DNA from: Candidatus Levybacteria bacterium RIFCSPHIGHO2_01_FULL_41_15
GTDB lineage: Bacteria > Patescibacteriota > Microgenomatia > Levybacterales > UBA12049
Direction: 5' to 3'
DNA: 64,000 nucleotides
Assembly (NCBI GenBank): GCA_001782165.1
Contig: MFNV01000009.1
Span: 56,123-120,122 of the forward strand
The notes beneath the pieces are model-generated. The model had not been told where the DNA came from. It saw only the letters and a list, made by a program, of their open reading frames with translations, and did not search any database. The position numbers and the translations under genes are program-made. Positions 11,208-20,872 of this stretch are shown here, piece after piece (position 1 is the first letter of the stretch; each line of letters begins with the position of its first letter).

Positions 11208-12274
11208 TGTTTACAAATATAATATTGTTGCCGCTTTTGATTACTTTTATTTCTGTAATATTTTTGACTCCCCTGTCTATAAGCTTTATAAAAAAATTGG
11301 GGCTTATAGACGATCCACGAAAACACAAACATCCTGCAGTAATTCACAAAAAACCCATTCCAAGAGGCGGAGGAATACCTCTTTACCTTGGTGCTTTAAT
11401 TGGGGCTCTTCTTTTTCTCCCAGCTACAAAAGAAGTTGTTTTACTTTTTACAGCAGGGCTGATTGCTCTTTCTGTGGGAATTCTTGACGACAAATTTGAT
11501 CTTTCGCCTTACTTTCGTTTTATTTTTAATATTATTTCGGCTTTAATTGTTGTGGGGGCCGGGATTTCAATACCCTTCGTAACAAATCCATTGGGAGGGA
11601 TTTTTTATCTTGACTCCCTTAGGTTTTCTTTGGATTTTTTAAATATGACCGTTGCTCTTTCAGATGTTATTGCTCTTATCTGGTTAATTTGGGTTATGAA
11701 TATGCTTAACTGGAGTAAGGGCGTGGATGGACAAATGCCAGGAATTATAGGAATATCGGCAGCGGTTATTGGAATTTTAAGCCTTAGATTTCCTGTTGTA
11801 GATCAGACAAATCTTATAACTGCAAAACTTTCTTTTATTTTGTCAGGAGCCGCTTTTGGTTTTCTTATTTTTAATTTTTATCCTGCCAAAATTTTTCCGG
11901 GATACGGAGCGACATCTATTTATCTCATGCTTGGCGCTGTTTCAATTCTTTCAAGCGCCAAACTTGCAACTGCCATTTTGGTAATGGGTGTCCCCATGAT
12001 TGATGGGGCTGTAACTATAATAAGAAGAATTTTAAGCAGGAAGTCTCCTTTTTGGCATGACAGGAAACATCTCCACCATCTTCTTCTGGATGCCGGATTT
12101 GGACAAAGAAGAATTGCGTTGTTTTATTGGATTATTTCTGCTATATTGGGGTCCCTATCGCTTCTTTTATCAAGCAGAGGAAAACTTTTTGCAGTTGTGA
12201 TGGTAACAATTATAGTGGGGGGGATTTTGTTTTTTGTACATTTTGCTTTAAAAAAAGATGAGAATTCTCTATAA
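11207..12274 (+). CDS. MraY/WecA-family polyprenyl-phosphate GlcNAc-1-P transferase
   Basis: PRGGG, GILDD, NFYPAKIFPG and HLHH motifs. Confidence 0.92.
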   Translation: MFTNIILLPLLITFISVIFLTPLSISFIKKLGLIDDPRKHKHPAVIHKKPIPRGGGIPLYLGALIGALLFLPATKEVVLLFTAGLIALSVGILDDKFDLSPYFRFIFNIISALIVVGAGISIPFVTNPLGGIFYLDSLRFSLDFLNMTVALSDVIALIWLIWVMNMLNWSKGVDGQMPGIIGISAAVIGILSLRFPVVDQTNLITAKLSFILSGAAFGFLIFNFYPAKIFPGYGATSIYLMLGAVSILSSAKLATAILVMGVPMIDGAVTIIRRILSRKSPFWHDRKHLHHLLLDAGFGQRRIALFYWIISAILGSLSLLLSSRGKLFAVVMVTIIVGGILFFVHFALKKDENSL

Positions 12275-13199
12275 CATTCTAAGACTTATAAGACCAAGAC
12301 AGTGGATCAAAAATCTTGCCATTTTTGCAGCCATAACCTTCTCCGGAGAATTATTTAATATCCCTGTTTTGACTAATGTTGCTCTCGGATTTCTCGTTCT
12401 TTGTGCTGTTTCCTCTGCAACATATATAGTTAACGATTTCTTTGACATCAAAAGCGACAGGCTCCACCCCTTCAAAAAAGGAAGGCCTCTTGCCCATAAA
12501 GATGTGCCCGTGTCTTTGGCTCTTCTTCTTGCCGGACTTCTTATTTTTGCGTCTTTCTATCTTGCTCTTAAGGTAACAACTGCTTTTCTTATCGTCATTA
12601 TAATTTACTTAATTATTCAAATCTTTTATTCTGTTCTTTTAAAATCGATTGCGGTTTTGGATATTCTTGTAATTGCCTCAGGCTACATACTAAGAGTATA
12701 TGCAGGAGAATTTGCATCAGGATTTCATATCTCTGTTTGGCTTCTTCTCACCGTTATATCGCTTTCTCTGTTTCTGGCTGTTGGCAAAAGAAGATCTGAG
12801 CTTACCTTGGTTTCTCAAGTAAAAGATGTCAATATCGCAAATATTCGAAAATCTCTTTCTCATTATTCGGAGCGTCTTCTTGATGTTTATGCCACAGTTT
12901 TTGCCACCGCGACTTTTGTTTTTTATTCACTTTTCACATTTTTAGAGAATCCGAAAGGATTTCAATTGGGATTAAACATTCTTATTCCGGATTTTCTTCC
13001 AACTTTTTTTTACCGGAAATGGCTAATGATAACAATTATTCCTGTCATCTATGGTCTCATGCGATATATTCAAGATATATATGAAAAACATGAAGGAGAA
13101 AGCCCCGAAAAAGTTCTTTTATCAGATAAGCCTCTTTTGGCAACAGTAATTTTCTGGGTGATTCTTGTTATCGGAATTATTTATTTTGTGAATCCCTAA
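12258..13199 (+). CDS. UbiA-family decaprenyl-phosphate phosphoribosyltransferase
   Basis: RPRQWIKN, YIVNDFFD..SDRLHP.K..RPLA and GKRRSEL motifs. Confidence 0.88.
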   Translation: MRILYNILRLIRPRQWIKNLAIFAAITFSGELFNIPVLTNVALGFLVLCAVSSATYIVNDFFDIKSDRLHPFKKGRPLAHKDVPVSLALLLAGLLIFASFYLALKVTTAFLIVIIIYLIIQIFYSVLLKSIAVLDILVIASGYILRVYAGEFASGFHISVWLLLTVISLSLFLAVGKRRSELTLVSQVKDVNIANIRKSLSHYSERLLDVYATVFATATFVFYSLFTFLENPKGFQLGLNILIPDFLPTFFYRKWLMITIIPVIYGLMRYIQDIYEKHEGESPEKVLLSDKPLLATVIFWVILVIGIIYFVNP

Positions 13200-13220
13200 A
13201 ATCAAATTTTTATAGGAACT

Positions 13221-13877
13221 ATGAAGCTACTTTTAACATCATCAGGGATTACGAATAAATCCATAAAAATAGCTTTATTGAAACTCCTTAAAAAACCTTT
13301 TAAAAAATCGAGTTTAACTTTTATTCCGACAGCCGCCAATGTTGAGACGGGAGATAAATCATGGTTAGTTGAAGATATGTATAACTTCAAGAAACTAGGC
13401 TTTGCATCTTTTGATGTGATAGATATTTCCGCAGTGCCAAAGAGCCTATGGCTACCTAGTTTTAAGAATGCGGATATTCTTGTTTTTGGAGGAGGTAATG
13501 TCAAATATTTACTTGAATGGATAAGAAAATCCGGTTTAATAAAATTGCTACCTAAGCTTCTCAAGAATAAAGTTTACGTCGGTATCAGCGCAGGGAGTAT
13601 GGCTGCCGCAAAGACTGTTTCTTTATCAAGCGCGGGGATATTATATTACGAGAAGAAAGGAAAACCAGAAAATATAGAAGGGCTGAGTTTGGTCAACTTT
13701 GAAATAAGACCTCACCTTAACTCCAAATGGTTTCCGAAAGTAAGATTAGATTATCTTGAAAAACTTACGAAAAATAGACCAGTCCAATTCTATGCCATAG
13801 ATGATGATACAGCAGTAAAAGTTGATGGAGATAAAATTGAAATAATCTCAGAAGGGTCTTGGAAAAGATTTAATTAG
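13221..13877 (+). CDS. Peptidase E (S51 family)
   Basis: FIPTAA, GGGN, GISAGS and PH motifs. Confidence 0.9.
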   Translation: MKLLLTSSGITNKSIKIALLKLLKKPFKKSSLTFIPTAANVETGDKSWLVEDMYNFKKLGFASFDVIDISAVPKSLWLPSFKNADILVFGGGNVKYLLEWIRKSGLIKLLPKLLKNKVYVGISAGSMAAAKTVSLSSAGILYYEKKGKPENIEGLSLVNFEIRPHLNSKWFPKVRLDYLEKLTKNRPVQFYAIDDDTAVKVDGDKIEIISEGSWKRFN

Positions 13878-13882
13878 CATGC

Positions 13883-14704
13883 TTATTCTTTTTCTGCGTA
13901 TTGGGAGCTGACCCAGCCGGTTTTTCCACTTTCTAATTTTATTTTAAACCAACCCTCCCTCTCTTCAATAAGCTCAAAGGTTTGTCTGGGATTGACCCTG
14001 TCTATTTCCGCAGATAACAAAGAGCTATCTTCTCTCACTCTTAAGAATCCCGTAGGCGTTTCAAGAATTAGAATTTTCTGGACAGAAGGGGTTGGAGAAG
14101 CTGAAATGATAGGAAGAGACGATCCGCTTAAGTTTGGACTAACTCCTAGAGAAACGACTGCGTGAAGAGAAAAACCTTTAGAGGTTTTTATCCTTAAAAT
14201 CTTTTCTAAGTAACCATCTTTAATAAGTTTTAGTTCATGGTCGGATTCTGTAATATTTTTAAGAAGAAGCGGAGACTGACCGGCAAGATTGCTGTCAAGA
14301 ATTACATCTGCCTTATCAGGAAATGTAATAACCATAAGATCTGCTTGCCTTTTGCCAGTTTCCTCTAAGGTTATGAGAGAAGAGGAAGCACCATCTCCAA
14401 ATGTTCTATCAAGGACTGTAAGAACACCATTTTCTATCTTAACTTTTTCCTCAAAGGGTTTAAGCTCCCCCTCTTTCGGCACAAGTCTTATGCTATACTC
14501 TCCCATAGAAAACATCTCTTTGTTTTTACATCTGCATAAAGGAGTTTCTCCTATTAGCCTTCCGTTTAGGTAAACTTTGCTTTTTGGAGTTGAGGTTACC
14601 TGCAAAGCACCTTTACCTCCCCGTGGGTTAAGAACAAAGACCAGGCCGGCAAATAGAACAACAGCACCTATGAAAGGGAGAATATAAAGAATTAATTTCC
14701 TCAT
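13883..14704 (-). CDS. Membrane-anchored protein with PEGA and SH3 domains
   Basis: STPKSKVYLNG..IGETP (PEGA repeats); LRVR...GWFKI..GWVS (SH3b). Confidence 0.85.
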   Translation of the reverse strand: MRKLILYILPFIGAVVLFAGLVFVLNPRGGKGALQVTSTPKSKVYLNGRLIGETPLCRCKNKEMFSMGEYSIRLVPKEGELKPFEEKVKIENGVLTVLDRTFGDGASSSLITLEETGKRQADLMVITFPDKADVILDSNLAGQSPLLLKNITESDHELKLIKDGYLEKILRIKTSKGFSLHAVVSLGVSPNLSGSSLPIISASPTPSVQKILILETPTGFLRVREDSSLLSAEIDRVNPRQTFELIEEREGWFKIKLESGKTGWVSSQYAEKE

Positions 14705-14795
14705 AGGAGATAAAAATCATTATAGCAGAACAAGGGTTTTTCGAGGGACTATTTTATTTAAACTAATCGCTAATTGCTAGTTGCTAATGGCTAAC

Positions 14796-16439
<1,644 letters not shown>

Positions 16440-16469
16440 TTAAATCAATTTTAAATTTTAAATTCCTTG

Positions 16470-16769
16470 CTATTCTAAAATAGCAAGGATGTCTTTCTGC
16501 TCGACAATTGTCCATTCCTCATTACCAACCTTAACATCAGATCCGCCCCATTTTTTATACATAACTTTTTGTCCAACTTTAACCGTCATTGGGATAAGTT
16601 TTCTCTCATCGTCTCTTGCTCCTTCGCCGACAGCCATGATCTTGCCTGTTTGGGGTTTTTCCTTTGCGGTATCTGGAAGAATTATACCGCTTGCGGTTTT
16701 ATCCTCTGTCTCAAGCGGTTTTATAAGAACATTGTCAAAAAGCGGTTTTATTTTTATTTTACTTGCCAT
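16470..16769 (-). CDS. groS: Co-chaperonin GroES
   Basis: KPLFDNV..TASGIILPDTAKEKPQ motif. Confidence 0.98.
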   Translation of the reverse strand: MASKIKIKPLFDNVLIKPLETEDKTASGIILPDTAKEKPQTGKIMAVGEGARDDERKLIPMTVKVGQKVMYKKWGGSDVKVGNEEWTIVEQKDILAILE

Positions 16770-16834
16770 AACTAAAAATTACTGACCAAAAAAACCTGCC
16801 CGCCATCGGCATTTGCCGAAGGCATTGCAGGCGG

Positions 16835-16861
16835 GTATCACTTGATAAAAGTGATTGCTAA
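16835..16861 (-). promoter_or_regulatory. Degenerate CIRCE upstream of groES
   Basis: Minus strand TTAGCAATC-N9-AAGTGATAC, immediately downstream of TTGACA-N17-TATAAA. Confidence 0.75.
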
Positions 16862-16885
16862 ATTTATACAACAAAATGCTTTTTG

Positions 16886-16903
16886 TGTCAATAACCTATA
16901 GTA
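16886..16903. repeat. Left 18-bp direct repeat (contains the groES -35 TTGACA on the minus strand)
   Basis: TGTCAATAACCTATAGTA, identical to 19641-19658. Confidence 0.9.
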
Positions 16904-16912
16904 TAGCACCCT

Positions 16913-17941
16913 TCAGTCGCTCTTCAAAAATTGTAATTCCTTTTTTATTTTTTGGGTCAGTCTATAACTATCTGCGTGATTTAGAAAGCCTAAATAAGCT
17001 GCTATGCTTTGATTAAGCGAGTACTGTAAAATTTTGCCACTCCTGAAATCTTCAATCTTATTTTCTATCTTTTTAAATATTCTATTTCTGGTTTTTGTAC
17101 AAGGCAGAATATGATGTGGTAAAACTATGTATCCTAAGAAATCAATTCCCTGGTTATATTTTCTAATTATTATTTTCTTTGAATGTAAGTCAAGGTTAAG
17201 ATTGTCTCTTAGAAACATTGTAATTATACTAATATACTTGGACAATTTTTTTAAATCTGGATCTAGAATTATAAAATCATCTGCATAACGAATATAATAT
17301 TTAACCTTTAATTTTTGTTTCACAAATTGATCTAGCTCATTAAGATATATATTTGCAAAAAGCTGACTTGTGAGATTTCCTATGGGAATTCCTCTTTCCT
17401 TTGAAAAACTCTTTAGAATATTTTCTAAAAGCCAAGTGAGATTCCCATCTTTTATTTTTCTTTTTATAATCGAAAGAAGAATTGCGTGATCAACGCTTTC
17501 AAAAAACTTTTTAATGTCAAGTTTTAAGACAAAGCAATCTTGTTTGTAATTCTTACTTACTTTCCTTATTAATTTGGAGAGTCTTTTAACAGCTCTGTGA
17601 GTTCCTTTATTAAGTCTGCAGGAATAAGAATCGTAGATAAAAATCTGATCAAAAATAGGTTCAAGGATAGATACTATAGCATGGTGAACTATTCTATCGC
17701 GCACTTGCGCTTTATGGATATGGCGGAATTTAGGATCGTAAATGTTAAAAGCCGTATATTTACCATGTCTGTAATTCCCGCTTTTTAATTTTTTATGAAG
17801 TCCAAAAAGATTATCCTCAAGATTTATTTCAAAAAATCGTACATCTTTCTTTCTTCTTTTGTCTTTCTTAAATTCATCCCATGCTTGAAATAAATTTTCT
17901 ATTGATATAATCTTTAGATAGAGGGTATGAAAAACTTTCAC
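16913..17941 (-). CDS. DGR reverse transcriptase
   Basis: RDRIVHHA, KGTH, LDIKKFF, GIPIGNLTSQ (DGR-type SQ motif), YADD and IDFLGY; GTG start. Confidence 0.96.
   Translation of the reverse strand: MKVFHTLYLKIISIENLFQAWDEFKKDKRRKKDVRFFEINLEDNLFGLHKKLKSGNYRHGKYTAFNIYDPKFRHIHKAQVRDRIVHHAIVSILEPIFDQIFIYDSYSCRLNKGTHRAVKRLSKLIRKVSKNYKQDCFVLKLDIKKFFESVDHAILLSIIKRKIKDGNLTWLLENILKSFSKERGIPIGNLTSQLFANIYLNELDQFVKQKLKVKYYIRYADDFIILDPDLKKLSKYISIITMFLRDNLNLDLHSKKIIIRKYNQGIDFLGYIVLPHHILPCTKTRNRIFKKIENKIEDFRSGKILQYSLNQSIAAYLGFLNHADSYRLTQKIKKELQFLKSD
17903..17911 (+). promoter_or_regulatory. Extended -10 box (TGATATAAT) for avd, inside the RT gene on the opposite strand
   Basis: Perfect TGnTATAAT 15 nt upstream of ATG 17927, which follows GAGGG. 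Confidence 0.6.
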
Positions 17942-18332
17942 GGCACAAAATTAGGACAGGACAGGACAGGACAGGACAGGACAGGACAGTAGTGAGTTTA
18001 ACATACCAATTTTCCAGAAACTTTACGATTTCTACAAATTATTGTACCAATATTTAAAACTGTTTCCTCAGAAAGACCGTTATACTCTCGGGCAGAAAAT
18101 AGATAATCTTTCATTAACAATTTTTGAGATGGTAATTACGGCAGGGGCAATATCAAAAGAAAAAAAGCTTCCATATCTTGAAAAATCCATAGCTACATTA
18201 AATCTCCTGAAAATACTTATAAGACTTGCGAAGGATGTTAGGGCTTTGGACAATAAAAAATATTTAGAACTTCAAGAAAACCTCCAAGAAATTGGAAAAA
18301 TGCTTGGAGGATGGAAAAAATCTCTCCTATAA
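17927..18332 (+). CDS. avd: DGR accessory variability determinant Avd (four-helix bundle), frameshifted at a (GGACA)7 tract in this assembly
   Basis: The Avd-like frame SEFNIPIFQKLYDFYKLLYQYLKLFPQKDRYTLGQKI...EIGKMLGGW extends upstream of the called TTG 18042 to the repeat; ATG 17927 is in another frame and stops at TAG 17990. Confidence 0.88.
17954..17988 (+). repeat. Pentanucleotide microsatellite (GGACA)7
   Basis: Seven exact tandem GGACA units between the divergent RT start and the avd body. Confidence 0.97.
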
Positions 18333-18348
18333 ATAAGGAGATGCAAGG

Positions 18349-18475
18349 CACTTCCTCAGAGCGACCGCCCCAATTCGGATTGTGATTCTGCGGATTCAGA
18401 TCCCGATTGACATTCAGGTTGCCATTCGGATTGCAGTTGGCATTGACCACCTTACCGTCATTGCGCGACCCCAGC
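18349..18475 (-). ncRNA. DGR template repeat (TR)
   Basis: 127-nt ungapped copy of the VR (offset 450) with 12 AAY codons; all 15 mismatches fall on TR adenines. Confidence 0.96.
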
Positions 18476-18792
18476 TTTGTTTTGTCCTATGCCATCTTTC
18501 TTTATCACCATGGTTTTTCTTTTAAATGGAATCACCATTGAATTTTATCTGGAAGAAGTCCCGATTTAATCGGAGACACCTTCACCAGCACAGAACAAGA
18601 AGTGTCTTGCTTTTCTTGCGTACTCTTTCAAAAACCTTAATTTTTGAAATTCTGACACAGAGTTGAAAAACAACAATTTCGGCGATCCCAATCCTTGAAT
18701 CGGGATTCATTAACCTACTCTCTTTGCTATAATAGCAGAAAAATAAAAAGTTTAAAAAATTTAAGAAGAATAAAGTATTAAAGGATTAAGTT

Positions 18793-19608
18793 TTATAACA
18801 CTTCCTCAGAGCGACCGCCCCAATCCGGATGGCGATTCTGCGGATACAGACCCCGAAAGACATACAGGTAGCCATACGGATAGCAGTAGGCATAGACCAC
18901 CCTACCGTCAATGCGCGACCCCAGCAGACGTGACCATGTAGAACCTTGGTCAAGATAGTTACCATCTAGAACTTCCATTTGTCTTGAGAAAATAGCATAA
19001 GTTATGAGTCTCTGTCCTCTTGTCCCCTGCAACTCAAAATGTTTCCTAAGTTGGTCTTCGTTTGTGTCAAGGTTTGGGGAATCAATGACACCTTCAACTC
19101 TAATATACCCCGTTCTATCAAACTCATCTTCTATTGGGGTGCCTTCTCGGACACTGTAGTTTTCCAATTCGGGGAACATCTTACCAAGCGTTATGAGACC
19201 TTCTTTTCCCTTAAGTTCTTCTGGTATACCGATTGTAAACGGGGAGAGTTCTATTCCCTTGATGTCGGCAAAAGGTTTTTTTAATCGTTCTTCAGTTGCG
19301 CTGCATGGTGCAATATCAAAAGTGAGACCTTCTTCTCCTCTTGGAACTTGCCAAAAAGCCTTTTGGAAGTTGGTAACTTTCTCAGGACTAAAGGGATTTC
19401 TGTTGAGTTCTTGAGCCGCTCGTCTCAGAAGATCTAGGGGGTCAGGTGGGTAAGACTCTACTTTTTCTTTTTCTCCTTTGCCTTCAGGTAGCGGAACATC
19501 AGAAATACCATGCTTATCTAAAAGCTCCTGTCTTAAGCCAGAAATTGCCCTAGCAATTCCTTTTATCCCCATTCTACTTAGTTCTCTTTCTGCATGTCTT
19601 AGTGACAT
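18793..19608 (-). CDS. DGR target (variable) protein, probable C-type-lectin-fold C terminus
   Basis: C-terminal VR ending GGRSEEVL; upstream YLDQGSTWS; no signal peptide or TM segment. Confidence 0.9.
   Translation of the reverse strand: MSLRHAERELSRMGIKGIARAISGLRQELLDKHGISDVPLPEGKGEKEKVESYPPDPLDLLRRAAQELNRNPFSPEKVTNFQKAFWQVPRGEEGLTFDIAPCSATEERLKKPFADIKGIELSPFTIGIPEELKGKEGLITLGKMFPELENYSVREGTPIEDEFDRTGYIRVEGVIDSPNLDTNEDQLRKHFELQGTRGQRLITYAIFSRQMEVLDGNYLDQGSTWSRLLGSRIDGRVVYAYCYPYGYLYVFRGLYPQNRHPDWGGRSEEVL
18799..18925 (-). repeat. DGR variable repeat (VR) at the 3' end of the target gene
   Basis: 112/127 identity to the TR; 10 A>T, 4 A>G, 1 A>C on the coding strand. Confidence 0.96.
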
Positions 19609-19640
19609 AGGGTTGGTTTATATCATACTATAAGTTGACT

Positions 19641-19658
19641 TGTCAATAACCTATAGTA
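19641..19658. repeat. Right 18-bp direct repeat (supplies the -35 for the target gene promoter)
   Basis: Identical to 16886-16903; minus strand TTGACA-N18-TATAAA upstream of ATG 19608. Confidence 0.9.
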
Positions 19659-19732
19659 GAAACGTGTCGGCTTCAATCTAATCGGGGTTGACATAACTTT
19701 CTTTCTTTTGTACGATAAATTCAGGTCAAAAT

Positions 19733-20872
19733 ATGTCATTATCGCCAAGACGTCTTATCCTCGTAGGTTTGGCAGTTATTCTCCTTATTGCAATCCCTCT
19801 TACTATTTATCTTGTTCAGAAACAGCAGGAATTAAGAGGAAGAGCCGCTCCTTCAACTACGCTCTCTGTTATGCCGGCAACTAAAACTGCGGCAGTCGGA
19901 CAAACAGTAAGCTTTGATATTGTAGTAAATCCGGGAACAAATCTTGTATCTGTATTGACTTTGGTTATAAATTACGATTCCACCAAACTTGAAACAGGCG
20001 CTTCTGCTTTTGTCAAAAATACAGAGCGGCCCCTAGATCTTATAGGAGATCCTGTCTATACTCCCGGAACGATAACGGCAAATCTTTCAACAGGGATAGA
20101 CACCACCAATGCTATAACTTCCCAAACTACCCTGGCTACAATAACCTTCAAAGCCCTTGCGACAACTGGATCAATTCCGACAGAGATCACCTTTGATCAA
20201 ACCAAGAGTCTTGTTTATCCTTTGGGAGCAGAAGAAAACCTTAATGTACTTAAAACCGTTAATCCTGCACGTTTAACTATAACCGGAGACTCAGCCATTA
20301 CTCCTACTCCAACTCCAACTCCCACGTCAACTCCCACTCCCACTCCAAGCCCAATACCAATCCCTACAATAAGTTCACCCACGCCGACATCTGCTCCGGG
20401 AGGAGGAGGACCGGTCAACCAAAACCCTGTTTGCTCAAGTCTTGTCCTTGACAGATCGTCCTCGGGAACTGCCCCCTATTCCCTGACATTCACGGCTTCT
20501 GGGACCGACTCTGATGGCACGATTACAAAAGTAAACTTTAGTTTTGGAGATGGGACAGTGCAAGATATAACGCAAGGGGGGGGAATAGGAACAAATACTG
20601 TAAATGCCCAAGTCTCTCATATTTATAATACAGCCGGGACATTTACAACGTCGGCAACCCTGACAGACAACAGCGGCGCAACCAGTAACTCTGTAACATG
20701 CAGTCAGACAATTACAGTAATCGCAGGAGGCACAGGAGGAACATCTCCTCCTGTTTTAGCAACACCTACTCCTACAATTGAGCCTTCGGGACCTTCGGAA
20801 ACCATAGTCGGAATAGGACTAATTGGAATACTTCTTACGATAATAGGAGGGGTAATTCTTCTTGCTCTTTAA
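19733..20872 (+). CDS. Surface protein with cohesin-like and PKD domains, PT linker and C-terminal TM
   Basis: N-terminal TM, INYDSTKL (cohesin), TPTPTP linker, FSFGDG..HIY...G.F (PKD). Confidence 0.85.
   Translation: MSLSPRRLILVGLAVILLIAIPLTIYLVQKQQELRGRAAPSTTLSVMPATKTAAVGQTVSFDIVVNPGTNLVSVLTLVINYDSTKLETGASAFVKNTERPLDLIGDPVYTPGTITANLSTGIDTTNAITSQTTLATITFKALATTGSIPTEITFDQTKSLVYPLGAEENLNVLKTVNPARLTITGDSAITPTPTPTPTSTPTPTPSPIPIPTISSPTPTSAPGGGGPVNQNPVCSSLVLDRSSSGTAPYSLTFTASGTDSDGTITKVNFSFGDGTVQDITQGGGIGTNTVNAQVSHIYNTAGTFTTSATLTDNSGATSNSVTCSQTITVIAGGTGGTSPPVLATPTPTIEPSGPSETIVGIGLIGILLTIIGGVILLAL

Larger units (their letters stand above)
16886..19658. mobile_element. Diversity-generating retroelement cassette (RT, avd, TR, target gene with VR) bounded by 18-bp direct repeats
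   Basis: All DGR components present; TGTCAATAACCTATAGTA at 16886-16903 and 19641-19658. Confidence 0.93.

Noticed and set aside
16913-17941. RT as a group II intron, retron or CRISPR-associated RT
   Set aside because: It has the DGR-type GNLTSQ motif, no intron or maturase context, no cas genes, and a TR/VR pair and avd next to it
18042-18332. TTG 18042 as the avd start
   Set aside because: It would remove the Avd-like first helix (IPIFQKLYDFYK) and has no nearby promoter or SD; kept only as a weak alternative
18238-18450. 70-aa Asn-rich ORF on the minus strand
   Set aside because: It is the translation of the DGR template repeat running into antisense avd, not an independent gene
20295-20390. 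ACTCCA-type tandem repeats
   Set aside because: They encode an ordinary Pro/Thr linker with variable third codon positions
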